Positions 31,114-39,210 of a stretch of DNA of 64,000 nucleotides are shown here, one piece after another. The stretch spans positions 93,694 through 157,693 of the forward strand of contig JADFXX010000003.1 of the NCBI GenBank assembly GCA_015233335.1, in the 5' to 3' direction. The DNA comes from Candidatus Omnitrophota bacterium. GTDB taxonomy: Bacteria; Omnitrophota; Gorgyraeia; Zapsychrales; Fredricksoniimonadaceae. Position numbers and translations under genes: made by a program. The notes beneath the pieces are model-generated. The model was not told the DNA's origin, made no database searches, and saw only the letters and a program-made list of their open reading frames with translations. Numbering within the stretch: position 1 is the first letter of the stretch; every line of letters begins with the position of its first letter.

Positions 31114-31255
31114 GCGGGGCCTGTCCTTAGACTCAACGTTATGGTGCTCCTCAGCCGGGGGCAACCCTATAGGAAGCTTCAACGGTGAGTTTCACTAAAC
31201 TGTCCACTTGTGCAGGTGCCGTGCGCGCCATAACATTGAGCCTAAGGCCACCCGC
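31114..31255 (-). ncRNA. Candidate structured cis-regulatory RNA between the 2Fe-2S and Mo subunit genes
   Basis: A 20-bp long-range helix (31125-31144 with 31228-31247) has two pairs that are G-U on the minus strand but A-C mismatches on the plus strand. There is also an outer 5-bp GC helix (31114-18 / 31251-55). The region is GC-rich relative to its flanks. Confidence 0.45.
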
Positions 31256-31274
31256 CGCAAAGTAGTGTCTGTCC

Positions 31275-31742
31275 CTACTTTTTCTTCATTTTTTTGCCTG
31301 CTTCACTTACTGCTTCAAAGATTTTTGGATAACCGGCGCAGCGGCAGATGTTGCCGTCTAATGCGTATTTGATTTCTTCTTGTGTTGGTTGCTGATTTTT
31401 TTCCAGTAACGCTACTGATGACATGATCATGCCCGGTATGCAAAAACCACACTGTACTGACCCATGATCTATGAAGGCTTCTTGTACAGGATGCAGCATA
31501 TCACCTTGGGCTAAACCTTCTATAGTTGTGATATCATCGCCTTCAACATTGGCCGCCAAAGTAATACACGACAGAACCGCCTTGCCATTGATCATGACCG
31601 TGCAGGCCCCGCACTCAGATTCCTGACAAGAGGTTTTAGTCCCTGTTAAAGATAAGTGCTCGCGCAAGACTTCCAAAAGAGTCTCATGACCCTTAAGGTC
31701 TAGAAGATGTTCTTTTTTATTTATTATTAAATTAACATTCAT
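31275..31742 (-). CDS. [2Fe-2S]-binding small subunit of the molybdenum hydroxylase
   Basis: Plant-type ferredoxin Cys motif (CQESECGACTV) and a second cluster motif (QCGFCIPGM...CRCAGY). Confidence 0.92.
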   Translation of the reverse strand: MNVNLIINKKEHLLDLKGHETLLEVLREHLSLTGTKTSCQESECGACTVMINGKAVLSCITLAANVEGDDITTIEGLAQGDMLHPVQEAFIDHGSVQCGFCIPGMIMSSVALLEKNQQPTQEEIKYALDGNICRCAGYPKIFEAVSEAGKKMKKK

Positions 31743-31772
31743 ATAACAATGATTTCTATGCTTTAAGATGCA

Positions 31773-31830
31773 TTAGGATCCTTCGCTTTGCTCAGGATGA
31801 CTTATAGGGTCCTTCGTGATGCTCAGGATT
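31773..31830 (-). repeat. Two tandem copies of a second subfamily of the short palindromic repeat
   Basis: aggatccttcgctttgctcaggatgac (31773-99) and agggtccttcgtgatgctcaggattac (31804-30). Same architecture as the main family: 5-bp inverted arms around a tcg-ctt/gtg-gctc loop, followed by gac/tac. Confidence 0.8.
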
Positions 31831-31833
31831 ACG

Positions 31834-32691
31834 TCATATATTAGAGTCACATAGTTCCTCAATCGCGGATTTTAAACTGACCCTGAAGATGTGTTGTTTG
31901 TATTCGCTTGCACGGGTATCATAAATAGCTGGTGTTAAATGCGCTAATGCCTCATTTCCCAAGTCCTGTGAGGAAATACTTTTATTTAGGAATTCCTCTA
32001 ATACAAGGTCTCTTTGAGCAAAAGCGATCGTGTTATTAATGCCCACCCTTGTATTGAACCACTGCTTGCCATTAAATTCCGTTTTGACACATACCGCTAA
32101 TAAAGGGATATCCACGTGCAGAGTCTTTTTGACACGCCTATAAACAACTGAGGCTGTTGGTTTTGATTTAATGGTGACATGGGTAAATAATTTTTCACAA
32201 CGCGCCGCATTCTTAAAGAAATTTTCAGCTGAAATAATTTCTTCATGGCCATCAGAATCCAAGAAATGCATTTGGGCATCCAAAGCAACCATGACAGCCC
32301 CCATCTCTGTCCAAGTATAGCGGCAGGTTAGGTTGCCTCCTATAGTGGCCATATTGCGAATAGGGTTAGTTGAAATGTTACGGCATACTGCATGTAAAAT
32401 CCTTAAATGACCTGAAAGTAACGGGCTTTCAAATATTTCATTGATACGGGTCATGGCTTTAATTGTCAGGGTATCGTTGTGAAAGCTGATACCCTTGAGC
32501 TCATCAATCTTACCAAGACTTAAAACATGCCCGGCTGTTTTAGTCCTTTTGGTTTTAAGCAGTTTTAGGCTGTTTAACAAAAACGTGCCTCCGGCCAAGA
32601 CTTTGGAATCTTCCAATTCCTTATAAAGACGGGCCGCTTCAAGAGATGTCTTTGGCAAATGCAGCGTCAAGGGATTAAGTAACATAGTCAT
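31834..32691 (-). CDS. FAD-binding medium subunit of the molybdenum hydroxylase (CoxM/XdhB-like)
   Basis: VLAGGTFLL FAD-binding motif. Start is uncertain (ATG 32691 or 32685). Confidence 0.85.
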   Translation of the reverse strand: MTMLLNPLTLHLPKTSLEAARLYKELEDSKVLAGGTFLLNSLKLLKTKRTKTAGHVLSLGKIDELKGISFHNDTLTIKAMTRINEIFESPLLSGHLRILHAVCRNISTNPIRNMATIGGNLTCRYTWTEMGAVMVALDAQMHFLDSDGHEEIISAENFFKNAARCEKLFTHVTIKSKPTASVVYRRVKKTLHVDIPLLAVCVKTEFNGKQWFNTRVGINNTIAFAQRDLVLEEFLNKSISSQDLGNEALAHLTPAIYDTRASEYKQHIFRVSLKSAIEELCDSNI

Positions 32692-32747
32692 GAAGTATAT
32701 CAAAAATAAATACTTAAGCCAAGCATTTCGAATCCGGGAATAAATGT

Positions 32748-32776
32748 TTGACAACCCCCCTTGTTTGGCTTAACCT
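32748..32776 (+). promoter_or_regulatory. Putative promoter placing the TSS at the metH ATG (leaderless geometry)
   Basis: TTGACA (32748-53), a 17-nt spacer, TAACCT (32771-76), then 7 nt to ATG 32784. No SD is visible. Confidence 0.35.
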
Positions 32777-32783
32777 TTTAATA

Positions 32784-35700
32784 ATGAATTTTACAAAACA
32801 ATACGACATTTTACAAAATCTTCTCTCCCAGCGCATCCTCATTCTCGACGGAGCTATGGGAACGATGATCCAGAAGCATAAACTCTCAGATAGCCATTAT
32901 CGCGGGGAGCGTTTTAAAGACCATCCCAGCGACATTAAAGGCAATAACGATCTTTTGACCTTAACCCAGCCACAAATTATCCAAGAAATCCATCAGCAAT
33001 ATTTCAAAGCCGGTGCTGATATTGTTGAAACTAACACTTTTAACAGCAATCGCATAAGTATGGCCGATTATAAAATGGAAGGCTTGGTGTATGAACTAAA
33101 CGTCGCTGCCGCTCGACTTGCCCTCAATGAGGCTAAACAATTTACAAAAGAAAACCCTCGTAAGCCTCGATTTGTGGCCGGCTCGCTTGGCCCCACCACC
33201 CGGACTGCCTCCATTTCCCCGGATGTTAATAATCCGGCTTTTCGGGCCATTCATTTTGACCAATTAGTTGAAAGCTATAGCGAACAGCTTAAAGGCCTGA
33301 TCGACGGCGGAGTTGATCTTATTCTGATTGAAACGATCTTCGACACCCTTAATGCTAAAGCCGCGATCTATGCCTATGAAACCACCTGTGAAAAAATGGG
33401 CCTTAAGTTGCCCCTGATCATTTCCGGAACCATCACTGACGCTTCCGGCCGTACCCTTTCAGGACAAACTACTGAAGCTTTTTGGATTTCTGTCAAACAT
33501 GCCAAACCTTTAGCTATCGGTTTAAACTGCGCTTTAGGCCCCCGGGATATGCGTCCGTATATTGCTGAGCTCTCGCGCATAGCTGATTGTTTTGTCAGCT
33601 GTTATCCTAACGCGGGACTGCCTAATGCTTTTGGTGAATATGATCTGGAGCCTGATGGAATGGCCGCCATTGTCAGAGAATTTGCCCAAGGTCAGTTGAT
33701 CAATATACTCGGCGGCTGTTGCGGAACCACCCCCTCTCACATTGAAGCCATGGCTCAAGCTGTCCAAGATCTGCCGCCTAGACCTTTACCAATGCTTCAA
33801 CCATTGAGTTCATTTTCCGGTTTAGAACCTTTGGTCGTCCATAACTACACTAATTTTATTAACATAGGCGAACGCACTAATGTTACAGGCTCAAAACAGT
33901 TCGCACGTTTGATCCTGGCCGGTAAATATGATGAAGCCCTTGCCATTGCCCGTCAACAGGTGGAAAACGGCGCTCAGGTTATTGATGTCAATATGGATGA
34001 AGCCATGCTCAATTCTAAAGAAGCGATGACAACCTTTTTAAACCTCATCGCCTCTGAACCTGACATTGCCCGCGTTCCTATCATGATCGATTCGTCCAAA
34101 TGGTCTGTCATTGAAGCTGGCCTTAAATGTGTTCAGGGAAAAAGCATTGTTAACTCGATCAGTCTCAAAGAAGGCGAAGCATCTTTTAAGGAGCAGGCTC
34201 GTAAAGTCCTTTATTATGGCGCGGCGGCTATCGTCATGGCTTTTGATGAAAATGGTCAGGCTGATACCGTGCAAAAACGTGTCAGCATTTGTCAAAGGGC
34301 CTATAAGATATTGACCCAAGAGATCGGATTTCTCCCCCAAGATATTATTTTTGATCCTAATATCTTTGCTGTCGCTACAGGCATTGAAGAACATAATAAT
34401 TACGCCAAAGATTTTTTTGAAGCGACGCGCCTCATCAAAGCCAGCTGTCCCGGGTGTCTTATCTCCGGAGGGGTGTCCAATGTCTCCTTTTCATTCCGCG
34501 GTAATGATGCCATGCGTGAAGCCATGCACTCAGCCTTTTTATTTCATGCTATTAAAGCAGGTATGGACATGGGTATTGTTAATGCCGGCATGATCAGTGT
34601 CTATGATCAAATCCCTCCTGAATTATTAGAACTTATTGAGGATGTATTATGGAACCGCCGCACTGATGCAACTGAACGGCTGGTTAATTTTGCCCAAAAC
34701 TTTAAATCCCAAGGTGAGAAAAAAGAGGTTGACCTCGCGTGGCGCAGTCTTTCTGTGGACCAAAGGCTCTCCTATGCCTTAGTTAAAGGAATCGTTGATT
34801 TTATCGATCAAGATACTGAAGAAGCAAGAAAGAGATCCAGCCGTCCTTTAGATGTCATCGAAGGCCCGCTCATGGCCGGAATGAATGTGGTCGGAGATCT
34901 GTTTGGGGCGGGCAAAATGTTTCTGCCTCAAGTGGTTAAAAGTGCGCGGGTCATGAAGAAGTCAGTGGCTTATTTAAGCCCTTTTATTGAAAAAGAAAAA
35001 GATCAGGATGCCCGAGTCGCGGGGACTGTGCTTATGGCCACGGTCAAAGGAGATGTGCATGATATCGGTAAAAATATTGTCGGCGTAGTGCTTGCCTGTA
35101 ACGGTTTTAAAATCATTGATCTAGGCGTGATGGTCCCTTGTGAAAAGATCTTGACTGAGGCCCGTAACCATAAGGCTGATATGATCGCCCTCTCCGGGCT
35201 TATCACCCCCTCTTTAGATGAAATGGTGCATGTGGCTGCTGAAATGCAGCGTCAGGGTTTTACAATTCCTCTTTTAGTAGGGGGTGCCACCACCTCACCC
35301 GCGCATACAGCGGTTAAAATCGCACCGGCTTATGACTACCCTGTTATCCATGGCAAGGACGCTTCGCGATGTGTGGGTATCTGCCGAAGCCTTATGGAGC
35401 CTCAATTAAAGAAAGATCTTGTCGATAAAACAAGGGCTGATTATGAAAAGTTGCGCCAAGAACATGCTAACCGTCAAGTTATTAAGTCTTTTGTTCCTAT
35501 AGAAAAGGCCCGTCAAAAAGGGCTTGTCACTGACTGGAAAAAGGCAGATATTTCAACACCATCATTCCTAGGTGTAAAAGTCTTTAATGATTTTGATTTA
35601 AACCTCATCCGCCAAAGGATTGACTGGTCTTTTTTCTTTATGGTTTGGGAGCTTAAAGGCAAATTCCCTCAAATCCTTAAAGACCCTGTCTATGGCGCCC

Positions 35701-36464
35701 AAGCCCAGCGTGTTTATAATGATGCCAATAGTGTTTTAGATGAAATCATCAGTAAAAAATGTCTTAAAGCTCAGGGAGCGGTTGGATTCTTTCCTGCTAA
35801 TTCTGTGAATGATGATATTGAGCTTTATACTGATGATAACCGCAAGGAAATATTGGATATTCTTTATAATTTACGCCAGCAAATCATGATCTCTCCCAAT
35901 CAGCCGCTTTTATCTCATGGGGATTATATTGCCCCTAAATCATCCGGCATCAAGGATTATATCGGAGCATTTGCTGTGACTACAGGCATTGGCTTGGATC
36001 ATTTGGTCCAAGAATTTGAAGCAGACCATGACGATTATAAAAGCATTATGGCGAAAGCTGTAGCTGATCGACTGGCCGAAGCCTTTGCCGAGCTTATGCA
36101 TGAAATGGTGCGAAAAGATCTTTGGGGGTTCTCTAAAAATGAAAAATTAAGCGACGAGCAGATCACATTAGGTCAATACCGCAGTATCCGTCCGGCGCCC
36201 GGATACCCGGCGTGTCCTGATCATACCGAGAAAGCGACCCTGTTTAAGATCCTTGATGCTACCAAGAATACAGGCATCACTTTAACCGAAAATTTTGCCA
36301 TGCACCCCACTGCCTCAGTCTGCGGCCTCTATTTTGCCCACCCGCAATCCAAATATTTTGCCATAGGTAAAATTGCCCAAGATCAAGTCATTGATTATGC
36401 CGAGCGCAAGAAAATGTCAAAAGAAACAGTAGAAAAATGGTTAGGGCCTAATCTGGGGTATTGA
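32784..36464 (+). CDS. metH: Cobalamin-dependent methionine synthase
   Basis: All four modules are present: Hcy S-methyltransferase, pterin-binding, B12-binding DxHxxG ([10 protein letters not shown]) and the AdoMet reactivation domain. Start set to ATG 32784 ([10 protein letters not shown]...). Confidence 0.95.
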   Translation: MNFTKQYDILQNLLSQRILILDGAMGTMIQKHKLSDSHYRGERFKDHPSDIKGNNDLLTLTQPQIIQEIHQQYFKAGADIVETNTFNSNRISMADYKMEGLVYELNVAAARLALNEAKQFTKENPRKPRFVAGSLGPTTRTASISPDVNNPAFRAIHFDQLVESYSEQLKGLIDGGVDLILIETIFDTLNAKAAIYAYETTCEKMGLKLPLIISGTITDASGRTLSGQTTEAFWISVKHAKPLAIGLNCALGPRDMRPYIAELSRIADCFVSCYPNAGLPNAFGEYDLEPDGMAAIVREFAQGQLINILGGCCGTTPSHIEAMAQAVQDLPPRPLPMLQPLSSFSGLEPLVVHNYTNFINIGERTNVTGSKQFARLILAGKYDEALAIARQQVENGAQVIDVNMDEAMLNSKEAMTTFLNLIASEPDIARVPIMIDSSKWSVIEAGLKCVQGKSIVNSISLKEGEASFKEQARKVLYYGAAAIVMAFDENGQADTVQKRVSICQRAYKILTQEIGFLPQDIIFDPNIFAVATGIEEHNNYAKDFFEATRLIKASCPGCLISGGVSNVSFSFRGNDAMREAMHSAFLFHAIKAGMDMGIVNAGMISVYDQIPPELLELIEDVLWNRRTDATERLVNFAQNFKSQGEKKEVDLAWRSLSVDQRLSYALVKGIVDFIDQDTEEARKRSSRPLDVIEGPLMAGMNVVGDLFGAGKMFLPQVVKSARVMKKSVAYLSPFIEKEKDQDARVAGTVLMATVKGDVHDIGKNIVGVVLACNGFKIIDLGVMVPCEKILTEARNHKADMIALSGLITPSLDEMVHVAAEMQRQGFTIPLLVGGATTSPAHTAVKIAPAYDYPVIHGKDASRCVGICRSLMEPQLKKDLVDKTRADYEKLRQEHANRQVIKSFVPIEKARQKGLVTDWKKADISTPSFLGVKVFNDFDLNLIRQRIDWSFFFMVWELKGKFPQILKDPVYGAQAQRVYNDANSVLDEIISKKCLKAQGAVGFFPANSVNDDIELYTDDNRKEILDILYNLRQQIMISPNQPLLSHGDYIAPKSSGIKDYIGAFAVTTGIGLDHLVQEFEADHDDYKSIMAKAVADRLAEAFAELMHEMVRKDLWGFSKNEKLSDEQITLGQYRSIRPAPGYPACPDHTEKATLFKILDATKNTGITLTENFAMHPTASVCGLYFAHPQSKYFAIGKIAQDQVIDYAERKKMSKETVEKWLGPNLGY

Positions 36465-36496
36465 TCTTCACAGGTTGCGGACTTGTTGGGAAAGGT

Positions 36497-37711
36497 TCAG
36501 ACCTTACCAACAATTAATTTACTATATTTTTTATCAGGATAAATGAATAATGAATCTACCCGATCCCCTACGTATTTTCTAAGCCTGTGCGTAGATGCCC
36601 ACTTGGCCAACCCCATATACGAATTCAAGCTTGAACGAAGTTTTACCAGAGACTTGTGGTCATAACAGCTGGGGCTTTTTTCCCACTGGTGAACAAGGCT
36701 GACCATTTTGGCCGCTGTCTGCCCCCGAAGCCAACGGTAATAAGGCTTATGCACAAATCCTATAAAATCAATGCCTTTTTCTACGGGGGCTATTCTCTTT
36801 TTGAACGGGTGAAGTTCAAGCATAAGTTTCTGCGCACAGAATTCGCTGATACGCGAAAAATAATCATTCAACCTTCCCGGAGAAATATCCAGGATCACAA
36901 AATCATCAACATACCTGTAATAATACTTGGCCCTTAGAGTGTGTTTTACAAACTGGTCCAGTGTGTCAAGATAAACATTCGCAAAAAACTGGCTAGTCAA
37001 ATTCCCGATAGGCAGGCCGCACGATAGCGGTGTGTTCCAAAGGCTTTTGTGCCGGGGAACACGAGCGAACGCTTCTTTGGTCGACTTACACAAACAATTA
37101 TTTCTCGGATCATGAAAAAGCACATGCCTTGTCAGATCAAGAAGCCATTGTTCATGGATCCGCGGCGTTAAAAGCCCCAACAGAATATCCTTATTGATAC
37201 TGACAAAAAAATTCCTCACATCGCCCTGCAAAAAATACGCCTGTTCCTTCCAATTATGTGTGATACTTCTCATCCCAGCCCACAGACGATTGGATCCGTC
37301 CAGTGTTCCCCGTCCGGGGATACAGGCAAAACTGTTACGGATAAACGAAGGATAAAATCTCGGAGCAAGACGGTTATAAATCACATGATGTACAACGCGG
37401 TCGCGAAATGTCGACGCCCAAATTTCACGGATTTTAGGCGTTTCTACAACAAAGGCTACCGTGCGTCCGATGCGGTAATTCCCGGAAAGGAGTTCTTCAT
37501 AAAGGTCAAAGAGGTTCTTTTCAAGGTCAAACTCAAAAATCCGGGCGTGAATCGAATTGCGTTTGTTCTTACGGCAGTCAAAATACGCTGTCGCAAGTTC
37601 TTCAAACGTCAAATCCGTTTGATCAATATCGGGCCCCTGCGGAATTTCATCACCGGACACAACGTACGTAGTTGTTGGTGTTGGTCTTGTTGTTGTTGTT
37701 CTGGCTGCCAT
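36497..37711 (-). CDS. DGR reverse transcriptase
   Basis: RT motifs GDVRNFFVSI, LPIGNLTSQFFANVYL (the DGR-typical I/LGxxxSQ), YYRYVDDFVIL (YxDD) and GIDFIGF. The only in-frame ATG (37711) lies inside the TR, so the start is uncertain (GTG 37660 or TTG 37612 are possible). Confidence 0.9.
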   Translation of the reverse strand: MAARTTTTRPTPTTTYVVSGDEIPQGPDIDQTDLTFEELATAYFDCRKNKRNSIHARIFEFDLEKNLFDLYEELLSGNYRIGRTVAFVVETPKIREIWASTFRDRVVHHVIYNRLAPRFYPSFIRNSFACIPGRGTLDGSNRLWAGMRSITHNWKEQAYFLQGDVRNFFVSINKDILLGLLTPRIHEQWLLDLTRHVLFHDPRNNCLCKSTKEAFARVPRHKSLWNTPLSCGLPIGNLTSQFFANVYLDTLDQFVKHTLRAKYYYRYVDDFVILDISPGRLNDYFSRISEFCAQKLMLELHPFKKRIAPVEKGIDFIGFVHKPYYRWLRGQTAAKMVSLVHQWEKSPSCYDHKSLVKLRSSLNSYMGLAKWASTHRLRKYVGDRVDSLFIYPDKKYSKLIVGKV

Positions 37712-37779
37712 TGGTGAAGTTCACTCGTTTCGCGTTGTTAGTGTTGTTCTCCGTCGACGACCAATAGTTGGACGACGCA
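37653..37779 (-). repeat. DGR template repeat (TR)
   Basis: 127 nt homologous to 38406-38535. In the VR reading frame it is rich in AAC codons (ASSNYWSSTENNTNNAKRVNFTNGSQNNNNKTNTNNYVRCVR*). Confidence 0.9.
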
Positions 37780-37980
37780 CGGTGCGACAGGCCTCTTTTT
37801 ATTTGAGGATCCGGCCCCCTAAAGGGGCCAGTCCCTCAAACCCGCGTTCAACTTTTAAGATTGAACGAGATATGGGGTGCATAAAAAACCGCAACCGGGC
37901 CTGTCCCGAGATGACTCGCTCGCTGGGGATAACCGTGGCTCTCCCCATTCTGGCTCTCCCGCAGGGGACTCGATATTTTT

Positions 37981-38328
37981 TCACGCCTTACTTGCCGACT
38001 TCTTCCATCCTTCCGCCTGCCGGGAGAGCGATTCTGTCATTTCCACAAGGCCGGCATAATGTTTTATTGAAAGGATATGCATGTCGTGAGAAAGACGGAT
38101 CAAAAGTTCCATAACCAGAATTTTCTCAAGAATTTCATTAATGATTTTAACTTTTTCTTCACTGCTATTGGCCCGGTAAATCAGCACAATACAAGAGATA
38201 ATCTCATCCCTAAGCTTTTGGCCTAAGGTATATTTATGGTCTCTGGGGAAATCCTTTGTAACCAGCATGACCCTGCCAAGCAGTTCATAAGTTAATTTAT
38301 ATATCGGCAAATGTTGATAGCGCGCCAT
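37981..38328 (-). CDS. avd: Avd-like accessory variability determinant (four-helix-bundle / 23S rRNA intervening-sequence protein family)
   Basis: 115 aa. MARYQHLPIYKLTYELLGRVMLVTKDFPRDHKYTLGQKLRDE... matches the family pattern, with a basic C-terminal tail. Located between the target and the TR. Confidence 0.85.
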   Translation of the reverse strand: MARYQHLPIYKLTYELLGRVMLVTKDFPRDHKYTLGQKLRDEIISCIVLIYRANSSEEKVKIINEILEKILVMELLIRLSHDMHILSIKHYAGLVEMTESLSRQAEGWKKSASKA

Positions 38329-38348
38329 GATATTTCTCTAAAAATTTA

Positions 38349-38363
38349 CGCGCCTTCGGCGCG
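38349..38363 (-). other. GC hairpin between the target stop and the avd start (possible DGR target-recognition hairpin or attenuator)
   Basis: cgcgcc-ttc-ggcgcg forms a 6-bp all-GC stem. On the minus strand the loop is GAA. It lies 43 nt downstream of the VR end. Confidence 0.5.
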
Positions 38364-38396
38364 ACTAAAAAAACAAATAATCAAATAATCAAATCA

Positions 38397-39194
38397 TCAA
38401 TATCTCCGGACACATCGTACGTAGGCGTTGGTGTTGGTCTTGCTGACGCTGTTGTTCTGGCTGCCATTGGTGAAGTTCACTCGTCTCGCGCTGACAGTGT
38501 TGCTCTCCGTCGACGACCAATAGAGGGACGACGCAAATCCTGTTAACGGATGGGGAGAGTTACAAGTGCCATAAGAATTCGTTACACAAAGTGTACTATT
38601 AAGATAAAGCACATAAAAAAGTTCAGCTAATGATGGCAAATACCAATCATTATAGCCTCCATAATTGGAAGCTCCCATGGCTGTGCACCACTGGGCCGCT
38701 TTTGTATCAATATAATAAGGAGGGCTGGTTACATATTGGCCGTTGTCAAACGTCGTCTTCGGTGTCGTAACAGTCAAAATCAGGGTATTGCTCTTCCCAT
38801 CTTCATAATCATCAGCGCCCGTAGTAACACTATGCCCGCTTATAAGGTTTGGCGGCGTGTACGTCATATTGTGACTCGCCCATGCCATGTGTTGGTTATC
38901 AACGCCGCCGTTTCCGATGGTGCAGTTGGAGTCCTGACAGCCGCCGGGTGTCACCATGTAGTTCCACTCCTTGCCAGTTCCATAGGTGTATGTGCCGGCA
39001 CATATCGGGCCGCTTGCGATCTGATACCCTACCGCCTGTCCCACGCAAGGACCGGTCAGTGTCGGAGCTGTGCCACTGATCACTGCCCCGGTTAACTGGC
39101 CGCCACGGATGACTGTTGCATAGGATATTCTTATAGTCCAAGAAAACAACGTTATAAATACGCAAAAAAATATGAAAAATTTATGATGTGCCAT
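38397..39194 (-). CDS. DGR target protein: secreted, C-terminal DUF1566 (Lcl C-terminal, C-type-lectin-fold)-like domain carrying the VR
   Basis: Start set to ATG 39194 (MAHHKFFIFFCVFITLFSW..., a signal peptide). The GGYNDWYLPSLAEL and LYWSST motifs resemble DUF1566. The last 43 codons are VR. Confidence 0.85.
   Translation of the reverse strand: MAHHKFFIFFCVFITLFSWTIRISYATVIRGGQLTGAVISGTAPTLTGPCVGQAVGYQIASGPICAGTYTYGTGKEWNYMVTPGGCQDSNCTIGNGGVDNQHMAWASHNMTYTPPNLISGHSVTTGADDYEDGKSNTLILTVTTPKTTFDNGQYVTSPPYYIDTKAAQWCTAMGASNYGGYNDWYLPSLAELFYVLYLNSTLCVTNSYGTCNSPHPLTGFASSLYWSSTESNTVSARRVNFTNGSQNNSVSKTNTNAYVRCVRRY
38406..38535 (-). repeat. DGR variable repeat (VR) at the 3' end of the target gene
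   Basis: 130 nt aligning to the TR. 12-13 substitutions all fall at TR coding-strand adenines, plus one extra codon and one non-A mismatch near the 3' end. Confidence 0.9.
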
Positions 39195-39210
39195 TGTATT
39201 TACATTTTTA

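Larger units (their letters stand above)
36497..39194 (-). mobile_element. Diversity-generating retroelement cassette: target(VR)-avd-TR-RT
   Basis: Co-oriented target gene, Avd-like four-helix-bundle ORF, 127-nt TR and DGR-type RT. The TR/VR alignment differs almost only at TR adenines. Confidence 0.9.

Noticed and set aside
31096-31182. ORF-track N-terminal extension of the Mo-subunit gene (MKLPIGLPPAEEHHNVESKDRPRNRKGYN...).
   Set aside because: The extension has no homology-like character and coincides with the paired arms of the intergenic RNA helix. ATG 31095 gives a normal family N-terminus with an SD-like AAGGG.
36497-37711. Whether the RT could be a retron or group II intron RT.
   Set aside because: There is no intron RNA domain structure, maturase/endonuclease domain or msr/msd-like repeats. 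The IGNLTSQ motif, the adjacent Avd-like gene and the TR/VR pair with A-specific changes fit a DGR.
37256-37717. 153-aa plus-strand ORF antisense to the RT gene. Similar antisense ORFs occur at 36656-36937, 38736-39095 and 38849-39079.
   Set aside because: They lie entirely inside well-supported minus-strand genes. Their composition is Cys/Arg/Ser-rich and odd, with no RBS and no motifs. This is typical of frame-shadow ORFs.
37782-38114. 110-aa plus-strand ORF (and 37799-37984 minus) spanning the GC-rich avd-TR spacer.
   Set aside because: It overlaps the avd gene antisense, is Pro/Arg/Gly-rich and low-complexity, and has no start context. The region is better explained as structured non-coding sequence.
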